Source of the DNA: an uncultured Nitrospiraceae bacterium
GTDB lineage: Bacteria > Nitrospirota > Nitrospiria > Nitrospirales > Nitrospiraceae
DNA: 64,000 bases
Direction of reading: 5' to 3'
Assembly (NCBI GenBank): GCA_963730935.1
Contig: CAVSTP010000003.1
Coordinates: 512,001 to 576,000 of the forward strand
How positions within the stretch are numbered: position 1 is the first letter of the stretch; every line of letters starts with the position of its first letter. A program made the position numbers and the translations under genes. Of the stretch, positions 63,222-64,000 are shown one piece after another. Below the pieces are notes generated by a model, which saw only the letters and a list, made by a program, of their open reading frames with translations, was not told where the DNA came from and searched no databases.

Positions 63222-63489
63222 AACGCAAACCTCCTCGTGGTGTAAGTTAACCCGAAAGATGTCGACAATTTAGAACGGGTTCGCACTCGATGGCGCAGGT
63301 CTAAGACCCCAGCGCGAGCAGAATCCCTGATCTTGCGAAGCTGAGCGAGAGATAGCCCCGTCTTCGATTGAGTCAAGGGGGACCCGCCGAAAAAATCTTT
63401 TGGCCCCCCGAGCGCTCGGGAAGTGGGGATAATACCGGAAGGTCATCCGGATATGCCAGACTATTCGGCGGAAAGGTGGGAAAAATGAC

Positions 63490-64000
63490 TCAGGCGCGTA
63501 ACCGGTCGAAATCCTTTATATCTTTCTTCATGTAGTCCCGCAGGCGCTTGATGATGCGGGCCTCCAGCTGGCGGGTCCGCTCCTTGGTGATACCGTATTT
63601 GGCACCCAGATCGTCGAGGGTCAGGGGCGTTTCGGACAGGAGGCGGTTGCGCAGAATGTCCTCGTCGCGTTCGTCGAGGGTCTTCACGAATTCAGCCAGC
63701 TTCTCCCGGAAGAGGGTTTGCAACTGGTCATGGGCGAGCTGCTCGTCGGCCGGTACTTGTTGGGACGGCAGAATATCGAGCAGGCTGCCGTCCTGGTCTT
63801 CTCCGATGGGTTGATCGAGCGACAACTCCCAATTGCCGAGCCGCTGGTCCATCTCGACCACGTCGCGCTCGCGGACGTTCAACCGATCAGCCAGCAATTT
63901 GGTGTCCGGTGCGAACCCCTCACGCTCGAGCTTGGATTTTTCCTTTTTGAGGTTATAGAAGAGTTTGCGTTGGTCCTGCGTGGTCCCGATCTTGACCAGT
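63490..64000 (-). CDS. rpoH: RpoH-like (sigma-32 family) sigma factor, 5' truncated by window
   Basis: Minus strand reads LVKIGTTQDQRKLFYNLKKE (RpoH box) and region 4 TLDDLGAKYGITKERTRQLE. Confidence 0.85.
   Translation of the reverse strand, partial: LVKIGTTQDQRKLFYNLKKEKSKLEREGFAPDTKLLADRLNVRERDVVEMDQRLGNWELSLDQPIGEDQDGSLLDILPSQQVPADEQLAHDQLQTLFREKLAEFVKTLDERDEDILRNRLLSETPLTLDDLGAKYGITKERTRQLEARIIKRLRDYMKKDIKDFDRLRA

Noticed and set aside
63280..63306. Possible CIRCE element upstream of groES (ttcgcactc...ggtctaa)
   Set aside because: Left arm has one mismatch and the right arm does not match GAGTGCTAA at 9-nt spacing

Overview
GC-rich bacterial chromosomal window; gene content and repeat types fit a nitrite-oxidising Nitrospira-like organism (inference, not verified by search). 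In order: 3' end of rapZ, pilMNOPQ-aroB, a GAF-GAF-ANTAR RNA-binding antiterminator gene, then a ~35 kb nitrogen-acquisition island (porin-urtABCDE; an oppositely oriented Yersinia-type ureABCEFGD plus Yut urea channel; nadE-amt-glnB-glnD-glnA; cyanate-type ABC transporter plus cynS; amt-wHTH-amt-Rieske-cytochrome b-octaheme HAO-like cytochrome c). Housekeeping and accessory genes follow (mltC-like, ABC-F, rnhA), then a GlnE split into two divergent genes, groESL and part of an RpoH-like sigma factor. Main observation: four operon leaders in the island (about 9.85, 27.2, 35.1-35.3 and 39.2 kb) carry the same twin-hairpin motif (hexaloop with A1/G4, loops 36-41 nt apart), and the second hairpin overlaps a terminator stem. 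This is the architecture of ANTAR antitermination targets, so the window appears to hold a self-contained RNA-level nitrogen regulon together with its probable cognate regulator. Other oddities: a Rieske protein with a His-to-Asp ligand change (CTDLGC), a degenerate third Amt, an ACT-ACT-GlnE fusion, two families of intergenic palindromic repeats and two frameshifted small genes.
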